Made by a program: the position numbers and the translations under genes
Notes under the pieces: generated by a model
The model's database searches: none
Told to the model about the DNA's origin: nothing
What the model saw: the letters and a program-made list of their open reading frames with translations, nothing else
Shown: piece after piece, positions 32,228 to 34,474 of the stretch
Position numbering within the stretch: position 1 is the stretch's first letter
How the letters are laid out: every line of letters starts with the position of its first letter
Origin: Macrostomum lignano
Lineage: Eukaryota
DNA length: 34,474 nt
Assembly: GCA_002269645.1 (NCBI GenBank)
Contig: NIVC01003705.1
Coordinates: forward strand, 1-34,474
Reading direction: 5' to 3'

Positions 32228-34474
32228 ATGTTTGACATGGTGGCTCTTTTATGTTTGACATAGTGGCTCTTCTATGTTTGACATGGTGGCTCTTTTATGT
32301 TTGACATAGTGGCTCTTTTATGTTCGACATGGTGGCTCTTCTATGTTTGACATGGTGGCTTTTTTAGGTTTGACATGGTGGCTCTTTTATGTTTGACATG
32401 TTGACTTTTTTATGTTCGACACGGTGGCTTTTTAATGTTCGACATGGTGGCTCTTTTAGGTTTGAACCGGTGGCTCTTTAATGTTTGACATGGTTGCTCT
32501 TTAATGTTCGACATGGTGGCTCTTTTATGTTCGACATGGTGGCTCTTTAATGTTTGACATGGTGGCCCTTTAATGGTTAACATGGCGGCTCTTTAATTTT
32601 CGAAATGGTGGCTCCTTAATTTTCGAAATGGTGGCTGTTTTATGTTGACATGGTGGCTCTTTAATGTTCGACATGGTGGCTCTTTAATGTTTGACATGGT
32701 GTCTGTTTTATGTTTGATATGGTGGCTCTTTAATGTTCGACATGGTGGCTCTTTAATGTTTGACATGGTAACTCTTTTATGTTTGATATGGTGGCTCTTT
32801 AATGTTCGACATGGTGGCTCTTTAATGTTCGACATGGTGGCTCTTAATGTTCGACATGGTGGCTCTTTAATTTTTAACATGGTGACTCTTTTATGTTCGA
32901 CATGGTGGCTCTTTATGTTTGACATAGTGGCTCTTCTATGTTTGACATGGTGGCTCTTTAATGTTTGACATGGTGGCTCCTATTATGTTTGACATGGTGG
33001 CTCTTCTATGTTTGACATGGTGGCTTTTTTAGGTTTGACATGGTGGCTCTTTTATGTTTGACATGTTGGCTTTTTAATGTTCGACATGGTGGCTTTTTAA
33101 TGTTCGACATGGTGGCTCCTTTAGGTTTGAAATGGTGGCTCTTTAATATTTGACAAGGTGGCTCTTTAATGTTCGACATGGTGCTCTTTTAGTTTGAACC
33201 GGTGGCTCTTTAATGTTTGACATGGTGTCTGTTTTATGTTTGACATGGTGGCTCTTTAATGTTCGACAGGGTGGCTCTTTAATGTTCGACATGGTGGCTC
33301 TTTAATTTTTAACATGGTGACTCTTTTATGTTCGACATGGTGGCTCCTTAAGGTTTGAAATATTGGCTCTTTAATGTTTAACATGGTGGCTTTTCTATGT
33401 TCGACATGGTGGCTTTTCTATGTTCGACATGGTGGCTCTTGTATGTTCGACATGGTGGCTCTTTTAATGGTCGACATGGTGGCTCTTTAATGTTCTTCAT
33501 GTTGGCTCTTTTATGTTTGACATGGTGGCTTTTTATGTTTGACATGGTGCTCTTTTATGTTCTACATAGCTGCTCTTTTATGTTCGACATTGTGGCTCTT
33601 GTATGTTCGACAGGGTCGCTCTTTTAGGTTTGAAATGGTGCTCTTTAATATTTGACAAGGTGGCCCTTTAATGTTTAACATGGCGGCTCTTAAATTTTCG
33701 AAATGGTGGCTGTTTTATATTTGACATGGTGGCTCTTTAATGTTCTTAATGGTGTCTGTTTTATGTTTGACATGGTTGCTCTTTTATGTTCGACATGGTG
33801 GCTCTTTAATTTTAACATGGTAACTCTTTATGTTTGATATGGTGGCTCTTTTATGTTCGACATGGTGGCTCTTGTATGTTCGACATGGTGGCTTCTTTAG
33901 GTTTGAAATGGTGGCTCTTTAATATTTGACAAGGTGGCTCTTTAATGTTCGACATGGTGCTCTTTTAGGTTTGAAATGGTGGCTCTTTAATATTTGACAA
34001 GGTGGCTCTTTTAATGTTTGACATGGTGGCTCTTTAATGTTCGACATGGTGGCTCTTTAATGTTTGACATGGTAACTCTTTTATGTTTGATATGGTGGCT
34101 CTTTTATGTTCGACATGGTGGCTCTAATGTTTGACATGTGGCTCTTTAATGTTTGACATGGTAACTCTTTTATGTTTGATATGGTGGCTCTTTAATGTTC
34201 GACATGGTGGCTCTTGTATGTTCGACATGGTGGCTTCTTTAGTTTGAAATGGTGGCTCTTTAATATTTGACAAGGTGGCTCTTTAATGTTTGACATGGTG
34301 GCTCTTTAATGTTTGACATGGTGGCTCTTTAGGTTTGAAATGGTGGCTTTTTAATGTTTGACAATGTGGCTCTTAATGTTTGACATGGTGGCTTTTTAAT
34401 GTTCGACATGGTGGCTCTTTTAGGTTTGAACCGGTGGCTCTTTAATGTTTGACATGGTGGCTCTTTAATGTTTG
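32228..34474. repeat. 23-bp GACATGGTGGCTCTTTAATGTT minisatellite, about 97 units in the window
   Basis: Direct tandem repeat continuing to the window end. Confidence 0.97.

Larger units (their letters stand above)
31413..34474 (-). mobile_element. Non-autonomous Helitron-like element B2, truncated by the window edge
   Basis: CTAG at 31413-31416 abuts the TC end of B1. Hairpin CCCCC-GAT-GGGGG. The 3' region is similar but not identical to B1. Same order of 18-bp then 23-bp arrays. Confidence 0.78.

Noticed and set aside
25720-33627. Repetitive ORFs (GGCLLS, PPDSKH, IASIPQ, MFDMVALL, MSNIKEPP repeats)
   Set aside because: By-products of the 18- and 23-bp minisatellites; they open in several frames on both strands and are broken by 17/22-bp units.
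20325-34474. CRISPR-like array (regular ~23-bp repeats)
   Set aside because: Repeats are contiguous with no unique spacers, there are no cas genes, and the context is eukaryotic.

Overview
AT-rich eukaryotic DNA, most likely from an invertebrate animal (animal-type hexokinases and SR protein, TTAGGG-type repeats); the host cannot be fixed from sequence alone. The left 19.6 kb holds the 5' end of a frameshifted SRSF4/5/6-like RRM gene (minus strand, window edge), a probable small type I membrane protein gene, and two intronless tandem hexokinase genes 4972 bp apart. The hexokinases share a 1151-bp near-identical core between synonymously near-saturated ends and carry a non-canonical sugar-binding loop (LNKSL for WTKGF). 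Transposon relics lie around and between these genes: two Tc1/mariner-IS630 elements, a Harbinger-type MITE, and a 481-bp TIR element inserted in a Ty3/Gypsy gag fragment. The right 14.9 kb is not anonymous satellite. It is a chain of four non-autonomous Helitron-like elements on the minus strand, fused head-to-tail at exact CTAG|TC junctions. Each carries internal minisatellite arrays (23-bp, plus 18-bp in two units), the three complete units carry a tRNA-like Pol III A-box/B-box/T-run cassette, and two carry telomere-like repeats. All alignments, counts and family assignments were made by eye, without database searches.
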